A DNA stretch of 64,000 nucleotides, taken from NCBI RefSeq assembly GCF_018977255.1, contig NW_024704742.1, positions 72,480,001 to 72,544,000 on the forward strand. Reading direction: 5' to 3'. Source of the DNA: Callorhinchus milii. Taxonomy: Eukaryota. A model generated the notes under the pieces. The model was not told the DNA's origin, searched no databases, and saw nothing but the letters and a program-made list of their open reading frames with translations. Below are positions 1 through 12,019 of the stretch, piece by piece (the first letter of the stretch is position 1; each line of letters opens with the position of its first letter). The translations under genes and the position numbers were made by a program.

Positions 1-120
1 TGCAGCAATACCATTGCACTGGAGTGCCAGCCTGGATGTGAGCTCAATTCCCAATGTGGGATGTGATCTAACAATCTTCTGATTCAGAGGCAAGAGTGCT
101 ACCAAGTGAGCCAGGCTGAC
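1..120 (-). mobile_element. 5' head of a Deu-domain SINE (SacSINE1/AmnSINE-like), cut by the window edge
   Basis: Reverse complement GTCAGCCTGGCTCACTTGGTAGCACTCTTGCCTCTGAATCAGAAG matches the heads at 9808 and 25773. Confidence 0.7.
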
Positions 121-381
121 AGCGAAGGAGATATTGTAGCTAAATTTGAATAATGAGTAAACAATGAAGCAACTAACTAATAGATCATTCACAACACTTA
201 ACAATTACAACACAAAGTGAAAAGAATGACCCTGGTTTGTGTGTTTTACCATTTTGCATTTGTCATTGCACCGATTTCAGATATGTTTGATGCTAAAAAC
301 GTGAATATACAACAGTTCTTCAGCATATATACTGGCCTCCAGGATTAGCTTTAACCACTAAAGCTCTCAGACGTTCCCATA

Positions 382-450
382 CAACAACAACAACAACAAG
401 ATTCCATTTATAAAGCGCCTTTCACGTCAGGAGGACGTCCCAAGGCGCTG
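382..450 (-). mobile_element. L2 LINE 3' tail only
   Basis: (CAA)n followed by the reverse complement of GCGCCTTGGGACGTCCTCCTGACGTGAAAGGCGC. Confidence 0.75.
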
Positions 451-471
451 ATACACATGTTTCGGAATCAG

Positions 472-633
472 CAAAACGCAAAATACTGCAAATGCTGGAA
501 ATCTGAAAACAAAAACAGAAGTGGCTGGGAACACTCAGCAGGTCAGGGGTCGTTGACCCAAAATGTTGACTCACTTTCCTTTCTCCATAGATGCTGCCTG
601 ACCTGCTGAGTGTTCCCAGCGACTTCTGTTTTT
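472..633. repeat. Palindromic (fold-back) interspersed element, probably Penelope-like or MITE-derived
   Basis: 37-bp inverted arms 511-547 and 597-633 with one mismatch; a degenerate partial copy sits at ~6100-6185. Confidence 0.75.
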
Positions 634-899
634 ATAGGAGTCAATACTGACTTCACTGGAATATTTAGTTGCCAGTCATTCCCAGCTTGTAGCCAGATCT
701 CTGTAACAGCTACAATAGCTGAATTTATGCTTCAAACTCACTTGTTTTACTTCTTATGCTACCTGAATTTGTGTACAAAACACTTACTCTGGTAACTGAC
801 CCCATTCTGCCCTTATGCCTTGATGGTGTTTTTCTCACACTTTTTAACTTGTCACACTTTTTGTGTTTATTTTCTATGACCCTTTTTTCTTCTCGGAGT

Positions 900-1200
900 A
901 TTTATGTTTCCTTTATCACGTTTTGTACTCTGACCTTTGCTCTTATTCTTATTTTTAGTTAACTGTTATTCCTACCCAAACCTTCTCCCATTTACTAGTT
1001 TAAAGCCCTTTTCAAAGTCCTATTTATCCTTTCCGTTAGGACCTTGGTCAAATGTCTCAGGTGTAACCCATCCCAGCAGTACAGCTCCTTTCTGTGCCAG
1101 TACTGGTGCCAGTGTCCATGAAATGGAAACCCTCTTTCCCACACCACTCTTTCAGCCATTCATTTACTTTTCGTATCTGTGATGTTTCACCTCTCAAAAG
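900..1200 (-). mobile_element. CR1 LINE ORF1 (esterase-like) fragment
   Basis: Minus strand gives WLKEWCGKEGFHFM and, after a frameshift, HWHQYWHRKELYCWDGLH, typical of the CR1 ORF1 C-terminus. Confidence 0.7.
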
Positions 1201-1649
1201 CAGTTTAAGGAGCATGCATATTGGATTTCAGAATAGTGCTTTTAGTAGACAACTGGACTAAATACTTTTAATCTGCAGTTTGCGACTGCGGGTGTATTAC
1301 AGTGAACTCCTGATAATGAGACCCTGTCTTATATAATCACATGGCTTATATCATCATGCAGTCAATATCCCGGCAGCTTTCCAGACAAAATGTGAATAAG
1401 GGGCTCCCCCCCACCACCACCACCCCCTTATTTCATCACCTGCTTATAACACAAAGTTGATTCTATACATTCCAGTAAGTAAAATAGCAGAAATATCAAC
1501 AGAACAAGGTGAGATGCTGGACCTCTCACAATGAGCGACCTGGAAAAGGTTGCCCTCGCCCTCAGCCACCCACGTGGTGGCTGTTTTGACTGTTGTGACA
1601 ACATCTCTGTGAGTAAAAATGCTTAGCTTCTGTGAGGTTCTGCCTGATT

Positions 1650-1972
1650 GTGGAGTCCTGTAGCTCAGTGGTTAGAGCACTCGCTTTGCAAGCGAGAGAC
1701 CTGAGTTCAATTCCAGGCAGAGGGCGAAACCTTGGGCAAGTTTCCTTACTCCACACAGAGCCTAATAATAATCCCTCCAAAACCAAAAATAATAATAAAT
1801 TGGTCATTTTCAATCTACGACTGTTTGTGGGACATTGCTGTGCGCAATTGTCTGCCGCGTTCACCCACAAATATACAGTCAATTCACTTTACAGTGTGTT
1901 CTGTGAAGTGCTTTGGGATGTCCTCCTGACATTAAAAGCGCTATATCAAATGCAAGGATTATTATTATTATT
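1650..1972 (+). mobile_element. tRNA-Ala(TGC)-derived SINE with L2-like 3' tail, young subfamily
   Basis: Head GGAGTCCTGTAGCTCAGTGGTTAGAGC (A box), anticodon arm CTCGC-TTTGCAA-GCGAG, GTTCAATTCC (B box), (TTA)n tail. Confidence 0.9.
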
Positions 1973-2790
1973 GTTAAAGTCTGAGTATTCAGGTTGTTAA
2001 AATGAACAAAACGTTTTTGTATATATGCCAATACATAAACTTATACTGTATGTATGTATACTTAACCGAGTTTTAACAAATAAACTGACAGTTGTGGGAT
2101 CCAGACCTGTTGTGTGCTGGTGTAAGTCCTCCTGACTATGGCACCCCTTTTGGCCCCGGAAGACACATGCCAACATAGCCACCCTACATATAGAGTCTTT
2201 GAGCTCTTTTCCCTTGGATTGACGATATATCAGGAGTTTACTGTATATTGCATCTTAATTCAGTCAGGACAAACAAAACCAAAGTAAATTCACAAACTGT
2301 CTCATTCCAGCCTGTCAAATATTCAGACTAACAAACCAGAAGCTGTAATTTACAGGTTGACAGTGATCACTGTTGAGGTGCCTTTTTCACATACTTGATA
2401 TCCCTGAGATTGCACTGGGCACTTGCAATATTTGACTGATAGAAGTGGAGTTGTTGGCCTGTGTCTGAAATCAAATGATTCAAGGACACGATAAGTTAGA
2501 TTGCTACAGTCAGCAGTTTTAGGTACAGCTGGGTAGATTTCACTAAGGTTGAGATTTCTAGCCATTTCATGAGATGAAGCACAATGTGAGGAATTTTCAA
2601 ACTGGCCTTTCATTCCCTACATCAAGTAACTTGCAATGAGAAAAGAAATCAGCTTCTGATATCCTTAACCTGAGAATTCATAGAGCCGGAGATGGGATCC
2701 TTGACCCACACTGTGCTTCCCTGAGAGAGTATTGTACATTTTCATGTACCATGTTCAAGTGAAAGTAAGGAAATTAAGGGTAGTAAATAA

Positions 2791-3725
2791 ATCATAGAAT
2801 CATAGAATCATAGAATGTTACGGCACAGAAGGAGGCCATTCGGCCCATCGAGTCTGTGCCGGCTCTTTGACAGAGCAACTGACTTTTATTAACCCCACTC
2901 ACCAGCTTTCTCCCCATAACCCTGAAAACCTGTCTTCTCCAGATACCTTTCCAGTTCTCTCTTAAAAGCTGTTATCGAATCGGACTTCACTGCCCTTTCG
3001 TGCAGATCATTCCAAATTCTAACAACTCGCTGAGTGAAAAAAATTCTTCTAACCTCCCCTTTGCTTCTTTTGGTAGATACCTTAAGACTGTGACCATGAG
3101 TCACAGACACACCAACCAGCGGAAACAGCTTTTCCCTATCTAGCCTGTCGAAACCTTTCATGATCTTGAAGCCCTCTATCAGGTCCCCGCGTAACCTTCT
3201 CTGCTCTAATGGGAAAAGTCCTAACTTTTCCAGCCTGTCCTCATAGCTAAGCTTCCCCATTCCTGGTATCATTCTCGTGAATCTCCTCTGCACCCTTTCC
3301 AGTGCCTTATTATCCTTCCTGAGGTAAGGTGCCCAGAACTGGACGCAGTATTCCAGCTGAGGCCTAACCAGTGTTTTGTACAGATTAAGCATAGCCTCCC
3401 CACTCTTATACTCTATGCCCCTACTAATGAAGCTCAGTACACCAAATGCCCTTTTTACTGCCCTATCTACCTGCTCTGCCACCTTTAATGATTCGCTTAC
3501 TTGAACGCCCAGATCTCTCTGTACGTTCACCCTCCTTAAGATTGAGGTACCAAGCCTATATTGCCTCCTATCATTTTTCCTACCTAAGTGTATGACCTCG
3601 CACTTATCTACAGTGAAATCCATCTGCCACATGTCAGCCCATTCCACCATTCTGTGTATGTCTGCCTGGAGTCCGTCACAATCTTCTTCACTATTTACTA
3701 CCCTACCTAACTTGGTATCAGCGGG
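2791..3725 (-). mobile_element. CR1 LINE, 5'-truncated: RT C-terminal part, 3'UTR and (ATTCTATG)n tail
   Basis: ORF 2889-3752 contains ADTKLG, RDLGV, LYKTLVRPQLEYCVQFWAP and RRLRGDLIE; octamer tail at 2791-2816. Confidence 0.95.
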
Positions 3726-3799
3726 AAGTCCACTCACATTTGTCCTCTTCACTTTGAAATCAGAGGAGGCAGCAAATGCTGATGGCTAAAGTTCAATAA

Positions 3800-3980
3800 A
3801 GATAACTGTAAAGTACTGCATATAGGACTTAGAAATCGGAGGCACACGTACTCCATGAATGGGGTAGAATTTGCCAAGGGGGAAGCTGAAAGAGATCCAA
3901 TGGTATTAGATGACTTATTGTTCACTGTGTCAAAATAGTGTGAGGCAACAATGACAAGGTGAACAGGATGCTGGGCAAAC
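3800..3980 (+). mobile_element. Old CR1 ORF2 fragment
   Basis: CKVLHIG and EAERD-like remnants; similar to the fragment at 13495-13790. Confidence 0.6.
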
Positions 3981-4019
3981 TCTTGCTCAATCAGTTGAGT
4001 TCACATCCTCAGATGTAAA

Positions 4020-4200
4020 TATAATCCTTGCATTTGATATAGCTCCTTATCACGTCTTCAAGACGTCTCAAAGTGCTTCCAGAGTATACTGTAAAGTGAC
4101 TGTATATTTTGTGGGTGAAATTGCCTATTGTAATTGGCAATGTGGGCGAAGCCAATTGCGCACAGCAGTGTCCCACGAACAAAGTCATTGATTGAATGAG
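4020..4200 (-). mobile_element. SINE 3' half
   Basis: Contains GTGGGACACTGCTGTGCGCAATTGGC and the L2-like tail. Confidence 0.75.
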
Positions 4201-4764
4201 CAAAGTATTATTTAACGTATTTTAATAATCTTTTTAATAATCGTTTTGCTACTATTTTATAGAGCGATTTTTCCATTGTAAAGATGGCAATGAAAAGATG
4301 GCTAAAAATAATCATCAATAAAAAATAACCCTAGTAACTATCCTTAAGAGGCAACCCTCAAACCAAGGCTGCGAGCTCACTATAAATTTGGCCTGAAGAG
4401 GTCAGCCAATTCCGACATGGCAGTTTATGGTCGATACATCTTTCCTCTCAGTCATGTTCTTGAAAGTTATTCTTTGGAATATTCTAGGTTGAAAATAGCT
4501 TTTTCCTCTAAGGTCCAAGAGGCCAATAAATGTAGTATTGTATCTTCATGGGTCTCCTCTCAGCATCAAACTCTGCAATGACTTGTGCCAATCTGTTTTG
4601 CTAACATCCAGCGGTGCTTGAGACAATCATAACTGCTATGACAGCTATAGTTGTACAAATGATGCAGGGGACAAAAAACATGTCTCCCAAGAAATCCATA
4701 ATCCCCCCAATGTAATCCGAGAAATTTTTACCTTTATGTACCATCAATTTTATCTGAGCCACTA

Positions 4765-4945
4765 TCACCCAAATAAAATTGGTCAATCACCTCATGGCTG
4801 TTTGTTGGACACTGCTGTGCATAAACTGACTCCTACAAAATACACAGACACTATACTTTACTTTACAATCAAATCCTGTGAAGCACTCTGGCATGTCTTC
4901 CCGACTTTGAGAAGTCCATATCAAATGCAAGGATTATTATTACTA
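4765..4945 (+). mobile_element. SINE 3' half
   Basis: Same core and tail as the other copies. Confidence 0.7.
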
Positions 4946-6984
4946 TGAAACAGTCTGTATGAAATGCAAAGATTATTATTTGTATTATCCTCATCTTGAA
5001 ACCAAATGATGTGTTTGCAGTAACTCTACTATGCTTTGCCTCCAATTACCTGTTTGGTAATGTACAACTATATTGATACGTTACTGGTCCGGGTTAAAAA
5101 AATGTGCTTTTTTGATGGAATTTTCTATATGCAGGCCAAATCCAAGGTATACCAGTAGCCGATGTCGAACAGCAGATACAGAATTTTAATGCCATACATG
5201 TTAATTTTTCTGTACATTCTTTTATATTTGGGTGGTAAAATAAAGCACAAAATTTCAAGCCTGTGTTTTTATGCCAAGAAACATTAGAATTTAGTCCCTA
5301 TGTGAGGAGATAATATAAAGTTATAAACATTCTCTGGTAAAATGTAAATAGCAGTAGATTTTTTATCTAAATTACTCATTAATAATATCTTTAAACATGT
5401 AGCTGGATACAAAATTGTAAAACAAACAGTAGCAAATGGTGCAGGGCTCATAATTTTCACTTCTATTCAATGTTTGCTGAAGGCACTTAACCTTAGCTAT
5501 ATTCATAGGAAACAACCCTTCACTGGCACATCTCAGCAACTGCACGTAAACATCCAAACACTGTGTTCCTTGTGAGGAGTCATTGGCACCAGATGGTCTG
5601 TGTATTAAGACACAAATGAAAGTTGAGTGGAACGGTGAGGCCTGTCATCCCTCCACGGCTAGAAAGTGGTTCCAAGCACCCTTCAGAAAGTGTATTTGTT
5701 TCCCTTCAGAGATGAACAGGTGGTCAATAAAACTATCTGTGGTGAGTCCGTCCATCTGCCAACTCATGGTCAAGCTGCTAAAGCTTTTTAATACCACTTT
5801 GTTAGCTTTCAGAAAGATACTACAAAAACAGAGCTGATATTAGACTCTGTTTATTATTATTTTTTACCATCAGACAATACAATGTAACTAAATGTTGAAG
5901 GCTATTTGGTTTTCATGTTGTAATCCAAGCAAAGTAGGAATGCCTTGTTTTCGCGTTCCATTCAAGTTTTCTGAACCTACTCATCTCAGAGACATTGACC
6001 GAGAAAGTCTCCGAGAAACAGCAGAGGAATGAATGCCTAATATTGATATCAAGCCTAGCTCATCAGGTATATGGTTGGCTGGCAATGGATATCTTGGAAA
6101 TGAAAATCAAGCCTGGCAAACTCAGCAAGTCAATCAGCATCTGAAGTAATAACAACTTAACATTTATAGTCTACCTGAAAATTTCTGGTCTGTGTGGTTT
6201 AGCACTGCACCAGACAATGAGAAAACGTTTTGTCTCCTTTTCAGTGTTCCAATGTGGTGGAATGCATTAGGCCATGATCGAACGAATAATAAACTGATGT
6301 ATGAATTTTGCGATGTTACTACAGGTTGTGAAAAGAGCCAGGAAATTTAACAGGACAGTGTCACAGCTTATAATACAATGAGGCTTCTTACCCAAATGTA
6401 TTGCAGTAATACAAAGAAAAGCATTCCTCTCCCCTTCTCATTTTAACTTTTTAAAATAGGAATAACGAAAGCAAATGGGACAGTGGGTTACAACAGCAAT
6501 ATTCTCAGGAAGATTTAATAGTCCCCAGTATATCTGCTAGATAGATATAAGTTCCTCTGAAAGTAGCATTGCATAACAGTAAATGTCATGTCAGTTCCTA
6601 CTCATTCTTGTGGCTGATTTACCTCCAGTATAATTGTAGCTGACACGTACAATAAAAGTAGCATTTAGTATAATTCATTGTGTCACTATTAACAATGCAT
6701 GACTGTTTTGGTTACAACTGTCTTACAAATTGCAGTAATGCCCTAAGGCTCACATGGCAGCACATGAACTCAACATAGAAGAAAAAGTTAACAATTCAAA
6801 AACTCTCCCAAAGAGAACTGGCCAATACTAATTAGAAGGCTATTTATGCTGACAACAGGACTGAGGCAGATAGAATTGCACTTGGTTTCACCCTTCTCTA
6901 TCTCCTTCCCTGTAACTCTCATCTCCCTACCCCGTCTTTAAATACCACCCCAAAACGAGCCTCTTCTCCCATTTGCTCGATGTT

Positions 6985-7290
6985 ACAGAATCATAGAATC
7001 TTACAGCACAAATAGAGGCCATTCGGCCCTTCGAGTCTGTGCTAGCTCTTTGAAAGAGCAATGTAATGTCAATCCCACTCCCCAGCTCTTTCTCCATAAC
7101 CCTGCAGACCCGGCTTCCTCAAACACCTGTCCACCGCATTTTTAAAAGTTGTTATCGAATCGGCCTCGACCACCCTTTCAGGCAATGCATTCCAGATTTG
7201 AACAACTCGCTGCGTGAAAAAAATTCTTCTCACCTCCCCTCTGCTTCTTTTAGATACTATTTTACATCCGTGACCTCAAGTCTGACCACA
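6985..7290 (-). mobile_element. CR1 LINE 3' end
   Basis: AGAATCATAGAATC tail; similar to 2791-3090. Confidence 0.85.
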
Positions 7291-7756
7291 CCACTGCGAA
7301 GTACTCTGAGATGTTATCTATGTGAAAGGCACTATGGAAATGTAAGTTGTTGTTGACTTGGCTAGGGTTTAAAAGGCCTGTAGCACCTTATCACAATATG
7401 GCATTAGATACTAATTAGTACTTGAGGTTATTGCAGAGCTCCCTTTGTGACATTTGGTGTAATTTGGATAACTTTTGTGACCATGTGGTACAATTACTCG
7501 AGGCTCTTTACACATTTTAGTGTTATAAAGCATCCAATTAACCTCAGCAAGGGCCAGGATGTAGACCAATCCATATTATGGACCTATTCTAATAACACTT
7601 CTTGCATCTGAATAGCATCTCAAAACTTACGACTATCTTCCTTTTTAACCTTGAAGGTAGAATTTCAGTCTCAATTGGCAAAATACATAATAAAATTGTG
7701 ACTGATTGTGTTCGAGGGCAATAACCTAGTAACAATTTTGGGCAGGTCTAGACCAT

Positions 7757-9422
7757 TTGTCCATCTATTTATCCCATATGAAACCCACCACCTGCTCCCT
7801 CGATCCCATCCCTACCCCGATCCTTACCTCCCAGCTCCACCTCCTTGCCCCTCTACTCACTGACATCGTTAACCTCTCCCTGTCCTCTGGTACTGTTCCC
7901 ATCCCTTTAAAAACCACTGTCATCACTCCTATCCTTAAAAACTCTCCCTGGACCCTTCTCTACTCCCTAACTACTGCCCCATCTCCAATCTCCCCTTCCT
8001 CTCCAAGGCCCTGGAACAAGTTGTTGCTTCTCAGCTTCACTCCTTCCTCTTCCGCCACTCCCATCTCAAATCCCTCCAATCGGGCTTCCGTGCCACCCAC
8101 AGCACAGAAACCGCCCTGGTCAAAGTGACAAGTGATATTCTGTCCATTTGCGACCAGGGCTCCCTCTGCCTCCTCGATCTCCTTGACCTCTCTGCTGCTT
8201 TCGACACTGTCAACCACTCTATCCTCATCCATTGCCTCTCCTCTCACCTCAACCTCCACGGCTCTGTCCTTGATTGGTTCAGATCGTACCTCTCACACCG
8301 CCTGCACTTCATCTCCTCAAATGGCTTCTCCTCTAGCCCCTGGACCATCTTGTGCGGTGTTCCTCAGGGCTCTATCGTTGGTTCCCCTCCTCTTCAATAT
8401 CTATATGCTCCCTCTTGGTGACATCATCCGTAGACATGGGGTAAACTTTCATATGTATGCGGATGACACCCAACTCTATCTCTCTGCCTCCACCTTTGAC
8501 TCCAGGACCACTGCTGTCCTGACAGAATGTCTGTCAGACATCAAGTCCTGGATGAGAGCCAACTTTCTACAGTTGAATGTCAACAAGACCGAGGCTCTCC
8601 TGATTGGCTCCTGTCAGTGCCTCCACACCTCAGGCACTGACAGCATCACCATCCATGGCTGCACACTCCACCTCACTGAGCCAGTCCGGAACCTTGGGGT
8701 CTTGTTGGACCCTCAACTATCCTTTCTATCCCACATCCGTGCCATGATCCGCTCTGCCTTCCCCCACCTCCGCAGCGTGGCCCAGCTCCGACACTGTCTC
8801 ACACCACAGGCCGCCGAAACTCTCGTACACGCCTTCATTACATCGAGGCTTGACTGCAAACTCCCTGCTTGTCGGCCTCCCAAACTCCTCCCTCGACAGG
8901 CTGCAGATCATCCAGAACTCTGCAGCTCATGTCCTCTCCTGCACTAGGCTCCGTGACCCTATCACCCCCATCCTTGCCCAACTCCACTGGCTTCCCATCA
9001 CACAAAAGATACAATTCAAGATCCCGGTCCTCACCTTCAAAGCCCTGCACAGTCTTGCCTCCCCCTACCTCTCCGAACTCCTAACAACCTACCACCCTGT
9101 TCGCTCTCTCTGCTCAGCGGACTCCGGCCTGCTTCACGTCCCCCGCCTCGCTCGCCCCACTATCGGCGGGCGAGCCTTCCACCACTATTCCCCCACCCTC
9201 TGGAACTCCAGTCCCTCTGTCTCGCTCCCTCCCTTGCCACCTTCAAGACCCACCTCAACAGCCTCCTTTTCGTCCATGCTTTCGATCTCTCTGCTTGGCC
9301 CCTGCCCTCACCCCTCCCCCACACCGACCCTCAACTCGGGTCCATAACTCTCTGTCCAGCGCCTTGGGACATCCTCCCGACGTGAAAGGCGCAATACAAG
9401 TGTAATTTTGTTATTGTTATTG
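7757..9422 (+). mobile_element. L2 LINE, 5'-truncated: frameshifted RT and 3' tail
   Basis: LDPIPT, LLDLSAAFDTVNH, GVPQGS, YADDTQLY, LNVNKTE, RNLGV, HWLPI; tail GCGCCTTGGGACATCCTCCCGACGTGAAAGGCGC plus (TTG)n. Confidence 0.95.
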
Positions 9423-9807
9423 TCATCTAATATCGCTAAACCCTTTTAATTTACAGGTTCTTGTTCAGCAACAACTAGGAACACGTCTGAGTTTTTGAAC
9501 CATGTAAAGTTGCTTAACTTAAAGCCAGTATCCAGACACTACTTCCTATAGCTCAGCCCTTCTCAATTCTGCAGGCTTCAGTCTGTGCTAACAGTCTCCA
9601 GTATTTATTAAATTATAATTTTGTTCCTGCTGATATTGATCTGTCTTTGACAGATGTGAAAAGGAAACAATATATCACAATCTATTGAAATGTATTCTAT
9701 TCAAAAATATCCCCCTTCCACACGAATGATTTTATTAATCATGTGAGTAACCATGGTATTCTCTGTGTCATATGCATATTGTACGCATCGTGGTCTATAA
9801 ACCTCAT

Positions 9808-10579
9808 GTGTCAGCTTGGCTCAGTTGGTAGCACTCTGACCTCGAATCAGTTGGTTGTTGATTCAAGCCTCCTGCTGGGACTTGAATTCACACAGTCTGT
9901 GCTGATGCTCCATTGTAGTGCAGTGTTAGGGGCTTGTTGCATTGTTTGAGATGCCGTCTTTTGGATGAGACGTTTAAATAATAAATAATAATACTCCTTG
10001 CATTTGATGTAGTGCTTTTCATGTCTTCTAGACATCTCAAAGCGCTTCACAGAATATATTGTAAAGCAAATTGACTGTATATTTGTGGTTGAAATGCGGC
10101 AGCCAATTGCGCACAGCAATGTCCCACAAACAGTCGTGGATTGAAGCGACCTCTTTATTATTGGGTTTTTTTCTTGAGGGATTATTATCAGGCATGTGGA
10201 GTAAGGAAACTTGTCCAAGGTTTCACCCTCCTGGGAATTGAACCAAGGTCTCTTGCTTGTGAGGCAAGTGCTCTAACCACTGAGCTACAGGACTCCATGT
10301 CCTGCCAAAGTCCTGCCTTCCTGTTCATTTGGATCCCATGCCGCTACTTGAAAAGGAAAGGAAATTTATCCCAACAATGCCCAAATAAATTTGGACATTG
10401 GTTTCATAGCTGTTTGTGGGACATTGCTGTGCATAATTGGACTGCTGCATTTGCACAGATACACATTCACTTGTACTTTGCAGTAAATCCTATGAAATGC
10501 TTTGAGATGTCTTCTTAATGTGAAAAGCTGAAAAGTACTAAAAGATACTATACCAAATGTGAGGATTATTATTATTATT
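9808..10579 (+). mobile_element. Deu-domain SINE interrupted by a second SINE (own parts 9808-9976 and 10298-10579)
   Basis: Head, then Deu-like TGCCGTCTTTTGGATGAGACGTTTAAA; resumes with GATCCCATGCCGCTACTTGAAAAG, the core and the tail. Confidence 0.75.
9977..10297 (-). mobile_element. tRNA-derived SINE, full length, nested in a Deu-SINE
   Basis: Head TGGAGTCCTGTAGCTCAGTGG at 10297, tail at 9977. Confidence 0.88.
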
Positions 10580-11104
10580 AAACCTTCAGTCACCCAGGTA
10601 CCTGATCTAGATCACATTGTTTGGCATTCAGGTCTGGTCAGTGTTATAGAATTCTGGCTTGAGAGCAGCATTTCAAAATAACAGGCATATATAAAAAAAC
10701 ATTTCCTGTGGCAGAAACAAAATGTCTCTACTCTCCCATTGTCAAAACTACTTAAGATCACTCATGTGTTTTTGTAATCAAGTGTTGAGATCTGGGCTGT
10801 AATCATTTAAGAGATGCCTCACAGCACACAAGGCTATCAACAAGTTTGAATTTGCTAATTGATAAATTCTTTGGGATTGTTACAACACATGGTCTAATAC
10901 ATAATAATTGCATATTAAATCCCTTATTTATGCAGCAGCTTGACTACAAGTTGTGATGTGTGAACCAATGTGTATGCTTTATTTTTAAGGGGCGCTCACT
11001 TTGTCAGTCTCAGTGATCAAGGGAGATCGGTTGAGGATAAAAGGTGCAGCATTTTATGATTTGCGGATACATCTGGAAAGCTCGAAAGTGCTGTTTGAAG
11101 ATCC

Positions 11105-12019
11105 ATGAGGATGTTGGGGAATGCAGAGAATGGCACAGCTGACTTTGTATTACTGGGATTTATCTACAGCACAAATCAAAGATTCATCATTATCCCTGGA
11201 TGGTGCTTGATTTTACTACTTGGTATTGCAGTCAATACACTGATCATTGCCATCGTATATTATAAGAGTTCGCTGAAAAATCCCAAGAATGTCCTGTGTA
11301 TTATAGATTTATATGGGCTTCTTGCTTTTCCCCATATATTATCATTAGATTTGCTTTGAGAGACTTTGACCCTAAAACTCATAATTGGTGCTTGATGCAA
11401 TACTACTTCTTAAATGTGTACATCTGCATTGCTACATTTGCAGTGGTGTTCATGGCTGTTGATAGATACTATGTAATCTGTTACCCTTTCTCATACGAAA
11501 TCAAGGTTACTTACAATCAAATTACGAAATTATTGTTAGCTTGGGCAATCGCCATTGTATACCCAACCTTTTACATGATCCCTTTTCTAGGACAAGAGTC
11601 ACTTGATCACCTCAAGCAGCTTCTTGTGCACTGACATTTCTTTAGAAGCCAGTATGTGTGTCATATCAATGAGCATTTTCCTGATAATTACAGTGCACCT
11701 CCTGGGATGGTTGCCTTTTTATATGCTAAGATTTTAAAAGAGTCCAGGAGTGCACTTCTATCTTCACGTAAGACCCTCCACAGTTATCACTCATGGCATC
11801 ATTCTCATCATTTTCTTTTGCAATGCCTCACTTCTCTTCATAACTGGAAGTCTTCAGAGCAAAAATACCACAGAGGAGTCTGTCGTGACCACCTTGCGTC
11901 TCACATCGGATTTTCTGTACCTCAACTTGACTCCTACCTTCAATCCCATCATCTACAGGTTGAGAAATGGAGATCTGCAAAAAGAGTTTTTGAAGGTCTT
12001 CAAGAAAAAGAGCGGCTGA
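11105..12019 (+). pseudogene. Intronless olfactory-receptor-like class A GPCR pseudogene (about 4 frameshifts)
   Basis: OR motifs in the right order across frames: NGT..FVLLGF, TM1, WCLMQYYF, MAVDRYYVICYP, YAKIL, KTL.TVITH, PTFNPIIYRLRN..LQKEF. Total length ~915 nt. Frameshifts near 11330, 11600, 11705 and 11780. Confidence 0.9.

Noticed and set aside
1300..1450. Tigger-like MITE starting TA-CAGTGAACTCC
   Set aside because: Only one terminus is visible and no matching TIR was found; the fragment at 46260-46334 has the same problem.
1650..1725. tRNA-Ala(TGC) gene
   Set aside because: No proper acceptor stem; it continues into a SINE body and recurs many times in the window.
2350..2613. 87-aa ORF with an ITIM-like LTYRVL as a receptor tail exon
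   Set aside because: No in-frame link to an upstream exon could be established; the motif is short and expected by chance.
2889..3752. 287-aa ORF as a host gene
   Set aside because: It is a 5'-truncated CR1 reverse transcriptase C-terminus.
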